From an uncultured delta proteobacterium (GTDB lineage Bacteria > Desulfobacterota > Binatia > UBA9968): a stretch of DNA of 64,000 nucleotides. Of this stretch, positions 41,935 through 52,102 are shown one piece after another. The notes under the pieces are model-generated. The model saw only the letters and a list, made by a program, of their open reading frames with translations, made no database searches and was not told where the DNA came from. The stretch covers positions 288,001 through 352,000 of the forward strand of contig CAWJBB010000040.1 of the NCBI GenBank assembly GCA_963840855.1, written 5' to 3'. Position numbers and translations under genes: made by a program. Each line of letters begins with the position of its first letter. The first letter of the stretch is position 1.

Positions 41935-43212
41935 CTACGCGTAAAGGCCGCGCCACAACATCGCCGTGGCAACGCGCTGGATGCCGATCATAAGAGCCGC
42001 CGACCGCATGCCGACGTCCTCCTTTAGACTGAGATTGAGGACTTCATGAAACGACTTGGTCAAGATGTCTCTGAGCTTTTTGTTGACTTCGTCCTCGGTC
42101 CAGAAAAAGTTCTGCAAGTCTTGCACCCACTCGAAATAAGACACCACGACCCCACCGGCGTTCGCCAGGATATCGGGAATAACAAAAACGTTTTTTTGTG
42201 CCAGGATCGAGTCCGCGTCCAAAGTGGTTGGACCGTTGGCGCCTTCTGCCAGAATGCGGCATTGTAAACGGCCGGCGTTTTCCTTGGTGATCTGCATCTC
42301 GAGGGCCGCCGGCACGAGAATATCGCACTTGAGCTCTAAAAGTTCCTCGTTGGTGATCTTTTCCCCGTAGGTGCAGCCTTCTAAGCTATGATTTTTGTCC
42401 GCCACTTCGAGCAGCTTTTCTACCGGCAACCCCTTCGCGTCAAAGTATCCCCCCGTTCGATCAGACACGCCGATAACCCTGACGCCGAGACGTGCCAGCT
42501 CCTGGGTAACCACCGAACCGACGTTCCCAAACCCCTGGACAACCGCGGTGCATCCGGTAATACCGATGCCTAAATAATTGGCGGCTTCGGTAATCATATA
42601 AACGACCCCGCGGCCCGTCGCTTCCCGCCTGCCATGCGTGCCGCCAATGGCCACCGGCTTTCCCGTGACGACCTCCGGCACGGCATGCCCCTTGTGTTGC
42701 GAATAGGTGTCCATGATCCACGCCATCACTTGTTCATTGGTTCCCATGTCCGGAGCCGGCACATCCACCTCGGGACCAATAAAGTTGAGAATTTCAGCGG
42801 TGTAGCGCCTGGTGAGCGACTGAAGCTCATTTCCGGATAGGTCCGCGGGATCGCAGGCGACGCCGCCTTTGGCGCCACCCAGCGGTAGACCGACCAATGA
42901 ACACTTCCAGGTCATCCACATTGCCAGCGCGGAGACCTCCCCGAGACTCACCTCGGGATGATAGCGAATGCCGCCTTTAAACGGCCCCAACACATCATTG
43001 TGCTGCACCCGATAACCAGTAAAAACATGGACTCTGCCATCGTCCATTCGGGTCGGAACACTGACGATCATCGCCCTATCAGGCCGGCGCAACCGTACGG
43101 CGACGTTCGGATCGAGGTTGAGTTTGGCCGAAGCGACATCGAACTGCCTCATCGCTAACTCGCTCGCCGGACACTGCCACTCACCCAGCGACATATTTTT
43201 CTCCGGCATCAT
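41935..43212 (-). CDS. gdhA: Glu/Leu/Phe/Val dehydrogenase
   Basis: GPFKGGIRY, GGAKGG, DVPAPD, GFGNVG, EGANGP, NAGGV..SYFEW. Confidence 0.93.
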   Translation of the reverse strand: MMPEKNMSLGEWQCPASELAMRQFDVASAKLNLDPNVAVRLRRPDRAMIVSVPTRMDDGRVHVFTGYRVQHNDVLGPFKGGIRYHPEVSLGEVSALAMWMTWKCSLVGLPLGGAKGGVACDPADLSGNELQSLTRRYTAEILNFIGPEVDVPAPDMGTNEQVMAWIMDTYSQHKGHAVPEVVTGKPVAIGGTHGRREATGRGVVYMITEAANYLGIGITGCTAVVQGFGNVGSVVTQELARLGVRVIGVSDRTGGYFDAKGLPVEKLLEVADKNHSLEGCTYGEKITNEELLELKCDILVPAALEMQITKENAGRLQCRILAEGANGPTTLDADSILAQKNVFVIPDILANAGGVVVSYFEWVQDLQNFFWTEDEVNKKLRDILTKSFHEVLNLSLKEDVGMRSAALMIGIQRVATAMLWRGLYA

Positions 43213-43236
43213 TTCGCTATCTAGTGCTACTGTCCT

Positions 43237-43581
43237 TTACCCTGGCGGCCACCTCATCTGACGCCCGCCCAACAGATGATAGTGCAAGTGAAAGACGCTC
43301 TGCCCGGCATCGGCGCCGTCATTGACCACCACACGGTAGCCGCTTTCCGCGATACCGAAATCCTTGGCCAGTTTCGCAGCGGCGATAAAAATCGCCCCGA
43401 CCACCGGGCCATCGGCCGGCTCAAGGCTCGATATCGACGCGATGTGTTTGCGCGGCACGATGAGCAGATGAACCGGCGCTTTGGGACCGATGTCCTTGAA
43501 GGCCACCACTGCGTCGTCTTGGTAAACGATGTCTCCTTTAACCTTGCCTTCGATGACAGCGCAGAAGAGACAATCGCTCAT
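43237..43581 (-). CDS. hinT: Histidine triad nucleotide-binding protein
   Basis: DCLFC, GQSVFHLHYH. Confidence 0.92.
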   Translation of the reverse strand: MSDCLFCAVIEGKVKGDIVYQDDAVVAFKDIGPKAPVHLLIVPRKHIASISSLEPADGPVVGAIFIAAAKLAKDFGIAESGYRVVVNDGADAGQSVFHLHYHLLGGRQMRWPPG

Positions 43582-43619
43582 GTGTGACTCCTTGATCGTG
43601 CCCGGTGGACGAGCGGCGT

Positions 43620-44003
43620 TCAGTCTTGCGAATTTCTATCTGGAAATCGCGCGAAAATTTTTTCGTCTTCGATCTCCAGCTTAAGTTTCTGCAACGCGGC
43701 GCCGACGCAGGGCCCCCACACACATTCTCCCGTCGGCGGCTCGAACACCGCGCCGTGATTGGCGCACATGAGATAACGGCGATCGACGGTGAAAAACTGA
43801 TTATCGACCCAATCCAGCGAGATGCCTACATGGGGGCAGCGGTTCAAGTAGGCGAATAAATTTCCTTGGTAATTGACCAACAGCGCTTCGGTGTCGAATT
43901 CGCCGCGCCGTATCTTGAACTTTTTGCTCGCGCCATGGGCCAACTCGCCCACTTTGGCGACCAGTTTCCGGCGCGGGTCCTGCTCGGCTTTGGTTCTCAT
44001 CAC
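43620..44003 (-). CDS. Rieske [2Fe-2S] ferredoxin
   Basis: CPH...CANHG...GPC. Confidence 0.9.
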   Translation of the reverse strand: MMRTKAEQDPRRKLVAKVGELAHGASKKFKIRRGEFDTEALLVNYQGNLFAYLNRCPHVGISLDWVDNQFFTVDRRYLMCANHGAVFEPPTGECVWGPCVGAALQKLKLEIEDEKIFARFPDRNSQD

Positions 44004-44012
44004 ATCAAGTCC

Positions 44013-44492
44013 TTAGTCCGCCAACGCTTTCAAATCGCCTTCCGGGCAGCCCACCAAGACCTGGTCCCCGTCCACGCGCACCGGCAACCGGTACAGCGCT
44101 TCGCCTTTGCACGGCCCTTCGACGCACACTCCGTTGGCGAATTCATAGAGGGCGCCATGAGTGTAGCACATGAGATAGCGGCCGTCCTCGCTCAAGAATT
44201 GATCCCGGATGAAATCCAGCGGCGTCGCCATGTGGCGGCAACGGTTCACATAAGCATGGAACTGTCCCCGATCGTTCACCAGAAAGGCATCGATGCGATA
44301 TTTTTGGCAAATCAGCCAAAATTTCTTCACACGACCCGGTTCAAGCTCGTCGATCTTCGCCACCGCTCTCCCCCCCAAGCGGCTTTCGCTTTTCATCAGC
44401 CGTTTGTCGCGCAAAAAAATCCAGCGACGCATGGCCAAGCCGGCGAGGTACACGCCGAGAAACAGCAGCGACAAATAGATCGTAATTTCCAT
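44013..44492 (-). CDS. Rieske [2Fe-2S] ferredoxin with N-terminal TM anchor
   Basis: Hydrophobic N-terminus; CRH...CYTHG...GPC. Confidence 0.88.
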   Translation of the reverse strand: MEITIYLSLLFLGVYLAGLAMRRWIFLRDKRLMKSESRLGGRAVAKIDELEPGRVKKFWLICQKYRIDAFLVNDRGQFHAYVNRCRHMATPLDFIRDQFLSEDGRYLMCYTHGALYEFANGVCVEGPCKGEALYRLPVRVDGDQVLVGCPEGDLKALAD

Positions 44493-44511
44493 CGAATGGG
44501 CCGGAGCGGAG

Positions 44512-44835
44512 CTACTTCGGCTCTTTGTCCACCAATTCGCGAATCCGTTTGACGTCCGGCGCCGACTGACGGCCGGCGATGCCCATCACCTTCATCAACT
44601 CGGTGGTCATTTCCGCGGTCACCTGATCCTGGATGCTGCCTTTCCCGTCAGGATCAGCTTTGAGAAACGTCATGATCTTTTCCTTGGAGACTCCGGTTTT
44701 CTCCAGTCCGTCGAGAAACTCGCCGAAACCGACCCGGCCGCGCAGCTGTTCAACGCAGGCTAGAAGCTTTTTACAGTCGGCGCAAATCCGCGCCAACATC
44801 CGCGCGCCCTCACCGCAGTAGCGGCAGCGAGCCAT
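44512..44835 (-). CDS. Hypothetical protein with N-terminal CxxC...CxxC
   Basis: CRYC-x9-CADC; lies within the operon. Confidence 0.7.
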   Translation of the reverse strand: MARCRYCGEGARMLARICADCKKLLACVEQLRGRVGFGEFLDGLEKTGVSKEKIMTFLKADPDGKGSIQDQVTAEMTTELMKVMGIAGRQSAPDVKRIRELVDKEPK

Positions 44836-44867
44836 AAGTCATCTCATCCAGTTTTTGCAACGGCGAT

Positions 44868-45671
44868 TTACTTTCCTTCCGCCATCGCCTTCGCCCACAA
44901 GTCCTGTAACCCTTCGCTCAATGCCCCGTTGGCCGCCACCACGCCGCGGTGACGCGGTTCCCGCTGGTTGAATAGCAAATCGTTGCCGCTGCCATTGACC
45001 ACCTTGCCGCCGGCTTCTTCCACCATAAGAACGCCCGCGCAAATATCCCACTCATGAATCGAGCGAAAGGTCAGCGTGCCGTCACCGTCGCCGGCGGCAA
45101 CTTTAGCGAGTCGGTAAGCGATGCTGCCGATGTGTTTCATCTCGCAGCGGTCGGCGAACACCTGAAACTTACGTTTCGGCTCCGAACGGCTCACCAGCAA
45201 ACGAGCGCCGTCGATCTCATGACGTGGCGTAACCCGAATCGGCTGTTCGTTTAAAAAAGCGCCGTGGCCGGCCGCGGCTTTATAGAACCGATTTTTCGCG
45301 GGATTGAAAACCACCGCGGCTTTCGGTCGGCCGTCTTCGACAAAAGCGATGGAAACCGCGAACTGCGGTACGCCTTCGATAAATTCTTTGGTCCCGTCGA
45401 TGGGATCGATAACCCACAGCCGCGAGCTTTGCAGCCGTTCGGCGCCGTCCTTGTCCTCTTCCGAAAGCCAACCATCCTGGGGAAAGTTTTTATGAATGGT
45501 TTCCCGGATTAGCCGGTTGGCTTCCAGATCGGCCGTGGTCACCGGATTGTTTATGCTCTTCTCATGTACGTCGAACTTGCCCTTGAACAAACCCATGATC
45601 GCCGCCCCCGCCTCCTTGGCGGCGCTCTCCGCGATGTTCAATTCTTCACTGTACGGAAAGTTGTCGGTCAT
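44868..45671 (-). CDS. Inositol monophosphatase family / CysQ-like
   Basis: VTTAD, LSEE, IDPIDGT, WDICAG. Confidence 0.9.
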   Translation of the reverse strand: MTDNFPYSEELNIAESAAKEAGAAIMGLFKGKFDVHEKSINNPVTTADLEANRLIRETIHKNFPQDGWLSEEDKDGAERLQSSRLWVIDPIDGTKEFIEGVPQFAVSIAFVEDGRPKAAVVFNPAKNRFYKAAAGHGAFLNEQPIRVTPRHEIDGARLLVSRSEPKRKFQVFADRCEMKHIGSIAYRLAKVAAGDGDGTLTFRSIHEWDICAGVLMVEEAGGKVVNGSGNDLLFNQREPRHRGVVAANGALSEGLQDLWAKAMAEGK

Positions 45672-45885
45672 ATTTCTGGTATCCCCTCTGCCTACAAACG
45701 GTTGCGGTCGTTTACTCCATTCGTCATGTCAAGGCGCTGAGCCAACCCGGACTATTCACACTTGTCATGGGCTTCGAGGTGTCCCTTCAGCCGGAAGAAA
45801 AATTCAGTCCAGAGATCCTGATTCAACGTTTCGGTATAAATATCCGGGTAAATTCGGAACCTTCAACTCGATGGGGCGCTGCAAA

Positions 45886-46473
45886 CTAATCATCGGCCCA
45901 GTTTTTGGAGCCGCGGATTGCCGCGCCGGCGCGCTTCATTTCGTCGAGCGCTTGCCGCGCGTCATTGAGATTCAGATTGACGCCGCGCACCGCGTCTTCC
46001 AGCACGACGACAGTGAAGCCTTTTTGCAAGCCGTCGAGCACCGTTTGCTTGACGCAATAGTCGGTGGCGAGACCGCCGACGACGAGCCGCTCGATGGCCC
46101 GCTCGCGCAGCAAGTCCGCCAACCCAATGCCGCGCGCGTCAACCCCGTCGAAACCGGAATAGCTATCGGCGTTTTCTGCCATTCCCTTGGAGACAATGAC
46201 GGCACCCTTCCCAAGAGCCAGATCGGCGTGGAACTCAGCCCCTTTGGTGCCCTGGACGCAGTGCGGCGGCCACGATCCGCCGTGTGTATTAAAATGCGTC
46301 GTCTGTTGGGGATGCCAATCGCGGGTTGCGATCACCGGTAATCCGGCCCGTTCAAACTCCGGGATCAAGCGATTGAGGACCGCAACGACCTGGTCGCCGT
46401 CAGTCACGGCTAATGCACCGCCAGGGCAGAAATCGTTCTGCACATCGACGATTATCAAAGCGTCCTTCGCCAT
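45886..46473 (-). CDS. pncA: Nicotinamidase/pyrazinamidase
   Basis: VDVQNDFCPGGAL, DWH, WPPHC, YSGF, GLATDYCV. Confidence 0.93.
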   Translation of the reverse strand: MAKDALIIVDVQNDFCPGGALAVTDGDQVVAVLNRLIPEFERAGLPVIATRDWHPQQTTHFNTHGGSWPPHCVQGTKGAEFHADLALGKGAVIVSKGMAENADSYSGFDGVDARGIGLADLLRERAIERLVVGGLATDYCVKQTVLDGLQKGFTVVVLEDAVRGVNLNLNDARQALDEMKRAGAAIRGSKNWADD

Positions 46474-46481
46474 CGATAATC

Positions 46482-46509
46482 ATTATAAAGCATGCTACGG
46501 TCCTTGCAA
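46482..46509 (-). promoter_or_regulatory. Promoter 8 nt before the pncA ATG (leaderless-like)
   Basis: TTGCAA-N16-TATAAT. Confidence 0.55.
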
Positions 46510-46530
46510 TCGCGCACGCAACCCCTTCCC

Positions 46531-47230
46531 ATGGCTACACAAGCGGTTTTTTTCGACGCAGCGGGCACGCTCATTAAACCAACAAACTCGGTTGGCCAAA
46601 GCTACGCGTCGATCGCCGAAAATTACGGCCTGCGCGTCGCGCCCGCCGAGCTGTTTAACCGCTTTCGCGTCTGCTTTGACAGCGCCGCTCCGCTCGCCTT
46701 CCCAGGTGCGGCGCCGGCTACCATCAGCGCCTTGGAACAAGACTGGTGGAAGCAGCTTGTCCGGCGAATCTTCGAGCCCTTCGGCCCTTTTGACAGGTTC
46801 GATGCTTATTTCGACGAACTGTTCGCCTACTTCGCGCGGCCGGCGTCGTGGGAACTTTACCCTGAAGCCATTGAAACGCTTCGAGCGCTCAGAGAGCGTG
46901 GGCTCGAACTCGCCGTGGTCTCCAACTTCGATTCCCGCCTACGCAACATTCTCGAAGGTCTCGGCGCGGCATCTTGGTTTGACGGCATTTTTGTTTCCAG
47001 CGCCGTGGGCTACGCCAAACCGGACCGCCGCATCTTTGACTTCGTCATAAAATCGCGGCAGCTCGTGGCGACCAATGTCCTGCATGTCGGAGACAGCGTC
47101 ACCAACGACATAGGCGGTGCCACCAACGCGGGCGTGAAGGCTATCCTCGTGGACCGAAAAGGCGCCCATGAAGCCGACTACAATACCGCGGGTGGCAAGC
47201 CTGAATGAGATTCTCGCTTACCTGGACTGA
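46531..47230 (+). CDS. HAD-family hydrolase (C-terminal frameshift about 47180)
   Basis: FFDAAGTL, VSNFD, AKPD, HVGDS..ND; alternative frame ends IPRVASLNEILAYLD*. Confidence 0.9.
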
Positions 47231-47239
47231 GGAGAGATT

Positions 47240-47962
47240 ATGGCAACCTCCAGCTGGCAACAAGTGGAAATCGACGGCAGCATCATGCGCCTGCATGTAA
47301 GTGTCCCCGAAGGTGCGGGGCGGTTTCCCGCTCTGGTGGTTGCGCAACATCAGGGCGGCGTTGACGAATTCGTCCAATCGATGACGAAACGGCTGGCCGG
47401 CGCAGGGTATGTGGCGGCGGCGCCGGAGCTCTACCATCGCGACGGGCCGGAATGCTCCGACGACGCCAAAACCCGCAGCATGCGGCTGCGCGACCGCAAC
47501 GTGATTGACGATATGAACGCGGCGGTTTCCTTCTTGCAGCGGCACAGCGCCGTCGCCCCGGCGCGGGTCGGCATCATCGGATTCTGCATGGGCGGCCGCA
47601 TCGTTTACCTGATGGCCGCGGCCAACCCCGAGCTCAAAGCCGCGGTCGCCTATTACGGCGGCAATATCTTTCGCGCCTGGGGCAGAGACATTCCATCGCC
47701 CTTTGACCGCACCGCGGAAATTCACTGTCCCCTGCTCGGCCATTTCGGCGCAGACGACAAAAATCCCTCCCCCGAAGACATGCAGAAACTCGACGCCGCG
47801 CTGACGAAGTTAAACAAGAGCCATGAATTTTATTCTTACGACAACGCCGGCCACGCCTTCATGGACAACACCAAAGAGAGCTACCGCCGCCACGCCGACG
47901 AAGCTTCCTGGCCGCGAACGCTGAGTTTTCTAGACCGCCACCTGGCGGAATCGGCGGCGTGA
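47240..47962 (+). CDS. Dienelactone hydrolase family protein
   Basis: GFCMGG, GHFG.DD, AGHAF. Confidence 0.92.
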   Translation: MATSSWQQVEIDGSIMRLHVSVPEGAGRFPALVVAQHQGGVDEFVQSMTKRLAGAGYVAAAPELYHRDGPECSDDAKTRSMRLRDRNVIDDMNAAVSFLQRHSAVAPARVGIIGFCMGGRIVYLMAAANPELKAAVAYYGGNIFRAWGRDIPSPFDRTAEIHCPLLGHFGADDKNPSPEDMQKLDAALTKLNKSHEFYSYDNAGHAFMDNTKESYRRHADEASWPRTLSFLDRHLAESAA

Positions 47963-48038
47963 ACGGTTATTCCCCGCCTTTTTTGCGATCCAGAGCGGAT
48001 GGCGGCGAGTTTCGCGCGAGACACTAGAAACGGCCCGC

Positions 48039-48674
48039 CTAATGTAGCGTCACATACCGTTCCAGCCGCGCCACTTCTTTCTTGTCGACGTACTTGCCGA
48101 TCTCTTTGCGAAACTGGTCGATATTCGTGTAGGGTCGGTATTCCTTAAACTCGCGGAGCATGCGCTTGCCGGTACCGGGGATGCTGAGTATGTCTTCGTC
48201 GCTGCCGGTGTTGAGATTCACCGGCACAAAGACATACTGCTCCAGGCGCGCGACTTCCTTTTCATTGACGTACTTGCCGATCTCTTTGCGAAATTGCCCG
48301 AGGTTTTTATAGGGCCGGTATTCTTTGAATTCGCGGAGCATGCGGTTTCCCGCGCCGGGGATCAGCAGGATTTCTTCGTCACTGGCGTTATTGAGATTGA
48401 TCTGGACAAATATCTTGGTGTAGAGCTCCGCCAGTTGTTCTTTTTTGAGTTTATCCGACAAGAATCCGTGCAACTCCGCCATACGCAGGAACGGCCGGCG
48501 CGCGATCATCTCTTTGACAAGCGCCGCGTTCATATAGGGCAGCGCAAGCAATTCCTTTTCGCTCGCCATATCGGGATTGACCAGTCCTTCGGAACGGCCG
48601 ACCTGCCCGTGAGCTTGCAAGGACAGCATCAAAGCCAATCCCACGATCATTGCTGATAATATTTTGGGTCTCAT
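48039..48674 (-). CDS. Secreted helix-hairpin-helix (ComEA/PsbU-like) repeat protein
   Basis: Signal peptide; three HhH-like units, the last two a near-identical ~61 aa duplication (NLN..S.E.IL.IPG.G.RMLREFKEYRPY). Confidence 0.75.
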   Translation of the reverse strand: MRPKILSAMIVGLALMLSLQAHGQVGRSEGLVNPDMASEKELLALPYMNAALVKEMIARRPFLRMAELHGFLSDKLKKEQLAELYTKIFVQINLNNASDEEILLIPGAGNRMLREFKEYRPYKNLGQFRKEIGKYVNEKEVARLEQYVFVPVNLNTGSDEDILSIPGTGKRMLREFKEYRPYTNIDQFRKEIGKYVDKKEVARLERYVTLH

Positions 48675-48685
48675 CCAGCTTCTCC

Positions 48686-49160
48686 TCACTTCTTGTTTTG
48701 ATTTCTTGCGGTTCCGGCCAACGCCGGATGCCGGTAGGTGTACGCCAAGCCCAACAGCCCAAGCTGTACCATGACTCCGGGTGCAAGCGAAGGCGGGTTC
48801 TTGCTCCGGACGGCTTCCCAAAACAACGACCAACCGGCCAGCGAAGGGTTGGATTCCAGTTTAAACTCGGCGCTGCCTTGAAAGTGATAATAAAATCCGG
48901 CGAAGCCTGCAGCGATGAAAGCCATCATGATTGCCCGCACCGCGCGCGTGCTTCTCGGCCCGCGTTCGGCGAAATGCCAACCCAGCACGCCAATGCCGAA
49001 TCGCTTTGAGCGCCAAAGGAATCCATTGGCGCCAGCCCTCGGTATGATCGAGAAGCAGCAGCTCTGCGCCGGTGCCGATCATTCCCAGCAGCAAGATAAC
49101 CAGCAAGAAGCGGCGCAGCGCTGAAAGCGGCGCCGACTCGCCGAGAACCGGTTGACTCAC
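48686..49160 (-). CDS. Four-TM hypothetical membrane protein, frameshift about 49000
   Basis: ELLLLDH.E..RQWIP ... G.YYHF...EF.LE ... PPSLAPG over two ORF pieces. Confidence 0.65.
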
Positions 49161-49422
49161 GCGTCACTTCTCTCTTCTCAAAAAGCGGAGGGCGGCTTTG
49201 CACTGTTGGCAAGCACAGGCTTCGGCCTGTCCGCGGGGCTATGCATCGGCGCTTTGATCGCCGCCAACTTCGCGATGCTGGCGTGAGACCAGAGCGAGCA
49301 TGATGAAAAAGTTGTGGAGCGTAAAGCAGCCCACGCGCGGCGTAACACAGTTTTTCTTGCAGGGTGGCGCGGGGTGCTGTCAACGCGACCCAACAGGCAA
49401 CCCCTGTGCCCAGCCTGCCATC

Positions 49423-50505
49423 TTAGGTCCCGAACATCGGCATGCGCGCATCGGCGCCGTGTATTTTGCACTCGTCGATAAAAATTTTGTGTATCTCGGG
49501 GTTCTGATCTTCGTACTCGATTTGCGCTCCGCCTTTTTTCACGTCCTCGCCGGTGTCTTTGAGGTCTTCGACATTGAACTTGAAGCCCCAGGGCTTGAGC
49601 GCCAGATAACGCGCCGGCTCGGCGCCGGGATTGAAATGCTGGTGCCACCACTGCATCGGCGGCACGAACATGCTCATGCGCCCCCATTCGACGCGCCGCT
49701 TGGTGCCGTACTCGCCTTCCGGCCAGAGATACGAGTAGCCGCAACCGGTGAGCATGACGATATGGGCGCCGGCGCCATGGCGGTGCGCCTTCTTGTACTT
49801 GCCGATGGGAAATTCCGACACATGCGCGCTCATCGTGTTATCGACGAATTCGAATAGCGTGGTGCGGTTGTCGCCGCCTCGTTCTTTATAATCCTTGGGC
49901 TGGAAGCCCCATAGATCGGCGATGAAGTTCGATTCCCACACGCGCCCTTTTTTCACCTCGGGAATGTAACGCCCGCCCTTTCCCCACTCGTCGGCGCCGC
50001 CGCTGTAGCGGTCGGCAAAGACAAACGAGTTGTTGAAAATGTAATCGAGGTTGCGGTAGCGGTTGATGATCACCGGCGCGTCGGTCAGGGAAATCATGCG
50101 CACCGGCTTGTCCCCCTGGGCGTTGAAGTGCTGGTGCCAAGCGTTAAGCGGCGTCGCAAAGAGGCTGCCCTTTTGCCACTCCAACGTGTGTTTCTTGCCG
50201 CCGTCGTTCCATATCGTCGTCGCCCCTTGTCCGTCGAGAATGAAGATCGCTTTTTCATACATATGGCGGACGGGTTTAAGCTGTCCGCCCGGCGCGATCT
50301 CCTCGATTAACGTGTCGCAGGTGCCGCCGGCGCCGTCCATGTTGGCGAAAGCCGCTTTGCCGCCGGTGCGCGCCCAATCGCCAAGCTTTAACTGCAGCAA
50401 ATCGGGAATAATGAAGTCCTTGTATACCGGGATTTCTTCCCACTCCTGATAAATTTCGTATGGACTCTTCTGTGAAAATGCCGATGCATCGTTCAGATTT
50501 TTCAT
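49423..50505 (-). CDS. Bicupin (gentisate-dioxygenase-like fold)
   Basis: Two cupin units: RHMYE...WHQHFN and AHRHG.GAH...WHQHFN. Confidence 0.85.
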   Translation of the reverse strand: MKNLNDASAFSQKSPYEIYQEWEEIPVYKDFIIPDLLQLKLGDWARTGGKAAFANMDGAGGTCDTLIEEIAPGGQLKPVRHMYEKAIFILDGQGATTIWNDGGKKHTLEWQKGSLFATPLNAWHQHFNAQGDKPVRMISLTDAPVIINRYRNLDYIFNNSFVFADRYSGGADEWGKGGRYIPEVKKGRVWESNFIADLWGFQPKDYKERGGDNRTTLFEFVDNTMSAHVSEFPIGKYKKAHRHGAGAHIVMLTGCGYSYLWPEGEYGTKRRVEWGRMSMFVPPMQWWHQHFNPGAEPARYLALKPWGFKFNVEDLKDTGEDVKKGGAQIEYEDQNPEIHKIFIDECKIHGADARMPMFGT

Positions 50506-50563
50506 TTTATTGAATTCCTCCTAGCCGAATTAGCGAAAATTTTCTCCCATCCGCCATGCTTGA

Positions 50564-51268
50564 CTACCGGATCTGCGCCATGTAGAAACCCAGCGCGCCG
50601 CGATAGGCGCGGTCGACGGCCATCGAGTCGCGTGCGCCTTGCAACACCAGCTCGCAGTCCTGTGGCGTCTTCACGTAACGCTCGAATATTGCCGAAATAT
50701 TTTCTGAGTGGTCCATGTCCGCGACGACGTGCACGTCCAGAGAAATCATCCTTTTCAGATTGATGCCCAGCTCATTCTCGAACTTCTTGCCGACGCGATA
50801 AGACATGCCGCCGCCGTTGACGATTTTGCCATTGTTGCGCCGTTCCAGCATGTGCGAGGCGGTATAGGCCGCGAGCCAGTGGCTGCGCATGGCGATGTGG
50901 TGCCACGCATAGAAGCAGGCGCGCACCATCGCCGGAATTTCAGCCTTTTCAAAATCCTCCGGTGTAAGGCCGATTACCTCGCCCTGTTTGACGGTGAGCG
51001 CGTAGTGATCCATCCCGGCGCGCGGATCGTTGATCAGCTCGTCGCTCTCGTGCTGCCAGATCACGCGCTTTACCTCCAGCGGCGCGCCGCCTTGGACATA
51101 ACCCCAGCAGTCGCGTCGATTGCTGGTGTAGAGCGCGTTTTGCACGACGTAAAAGCGCCCCCGCTCCATGGTTAGTGGCAGGTCGAGAAGCGCATTGAAT
51201 TCAACGCTGTCAAACTGGTCGTTAACCATCTTGTCCAAGGTTTTCAACAAGTCGTCCAAGAGACTCAT
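50564..51268 (-). CDS. Heme-oxygenase-like diiron protein (CADD/PqqC/TenA fold) #1
   Basis: DE...DH, LE, HVVADMDH (HxxxDxxH). Confidence 0.78.
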   Translation of the reverse strand: MSLLDDLLKTLDKMVNDQFDSVEFNALLDLPLTMERGRFYVVQNALYTSNRRDCWGYVQGGAPLEVKRVIWQHESDELINDPRAGMDHYALTVKQGEVIGLTPEDFEKAEIPAMVRACFYAWHHIAMRSHWLAAYTASHMLERRNNGKIVNGGGMSYRVGKKFENELGINLKRMISLDVHVVADMDHSENISAIFERYVKTPQDCELVLQGARDSMAVDRAYRGALGFYMAQIR

Positions 51269-51282
51269 AGGCCCTCCGGTCC

Positions 51283-51999
51283 TTAGGGTAATGCCTCTAC
51301 CAAATCCGCCAAATGGCCGCGGTAGACCCGGTCGATCATCAGACTTTCCTTAGCGCCCCGGAGAATCGCCTCCTCGGCCGCCTCCGTCGTCGCGTACCTG
51401 CGCGCAATCCGCGCCAGCATGTGCGCGTGTTCAACATCCATGACGACATGCTCGGCGTTGTTGATCTGCTTTTTCATCGGGATACTGAGATCGCGTTCGA
51501 AAATCGCGCCGATGCGCCGCGACAATGACCCGCCCTCGATCAGCTCCGCGGAGTTGCGCATCTCAAGAATCGCTGAGCCGGCGATGGCTTCCAGCCAGGG
51601 GCGCTGCGCCAGGCGAATCCAGGCGCTGAAACACACCTCGCCACCTTCCAGCCGCGCGGTGCGCTCGAAGGCCTCGGCCTTGAGACCGAACACCTCGCCT
51701 TCTTTCACAGCCAGCGTGATGTGGTCCGTCTTGCCTTCGCTTTTCCGGCCGATCAACTCGTCCTCTTCGTGCTGCCAAATTATTTTTTTGATCTCGAGGG
51801 GCGCCGAGCCTTGTACGTAGCCCCAGCAGTCGCGCCGGTTCTGAACATAATACGCCATCTGGATAGAATACTGTTGCGCCCGTTCCATAGAAAACTTGGC
51901 GCCGAGCAGGCGCTTGAACGGCGCGGTTTCGAACTGCTCATTGCACAGCCGAACCAGCTCGTTCCATAAGGTCTCTACTCTCTCCTTGTTTGCACCCAT
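51283..51999 (-). CDS. Heme-oxygenase-like diiron protein #2 (paralogue of #1)
   Basis: DE...DH, LE, HVVMDVEH; shares NRRDCWGYVQG.APLE.K..IWQHE.DELI with #1. Confidence 0.78.
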   Translation of the reverse strand: MGANKERVETLWNELVRLCNEQFETAPFKRLLGAKFSMERAQQYSIQMAYYVQNRRDCWGYVQGSAPLEIKKIIWQHEEDELIGRKSEGKTDHITLAVKEGEVFGLKAEAFERTARLEGGEVCFSAWIRLAQRPWLEAIAGSAILEMRNSAELIEGGSLSRRIGAIFERDLSIPMKKQINNAEHVVMDVEHAHMLARIARRYATTEAAEEAILRGAKESLMIDRVYRGHLADLVEALP

Positions 52000-52102
52000 G
52001 AGAACTCAACCTTCCGCAATGAGGCGTGGAATTTTTCCCGCCGCGCGCTTCTCGATCTTTATCATAGCCATTATTCCGCTGTCTAACCTGGGCGCGCTAC
52101 CT

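Noticed and set aside
48039-48410. DGR template/variable repeat pair
   Set aside because: Both copies are in frame within one CDS, differences are not confined to adenines, and no reverse transcriptase is present.
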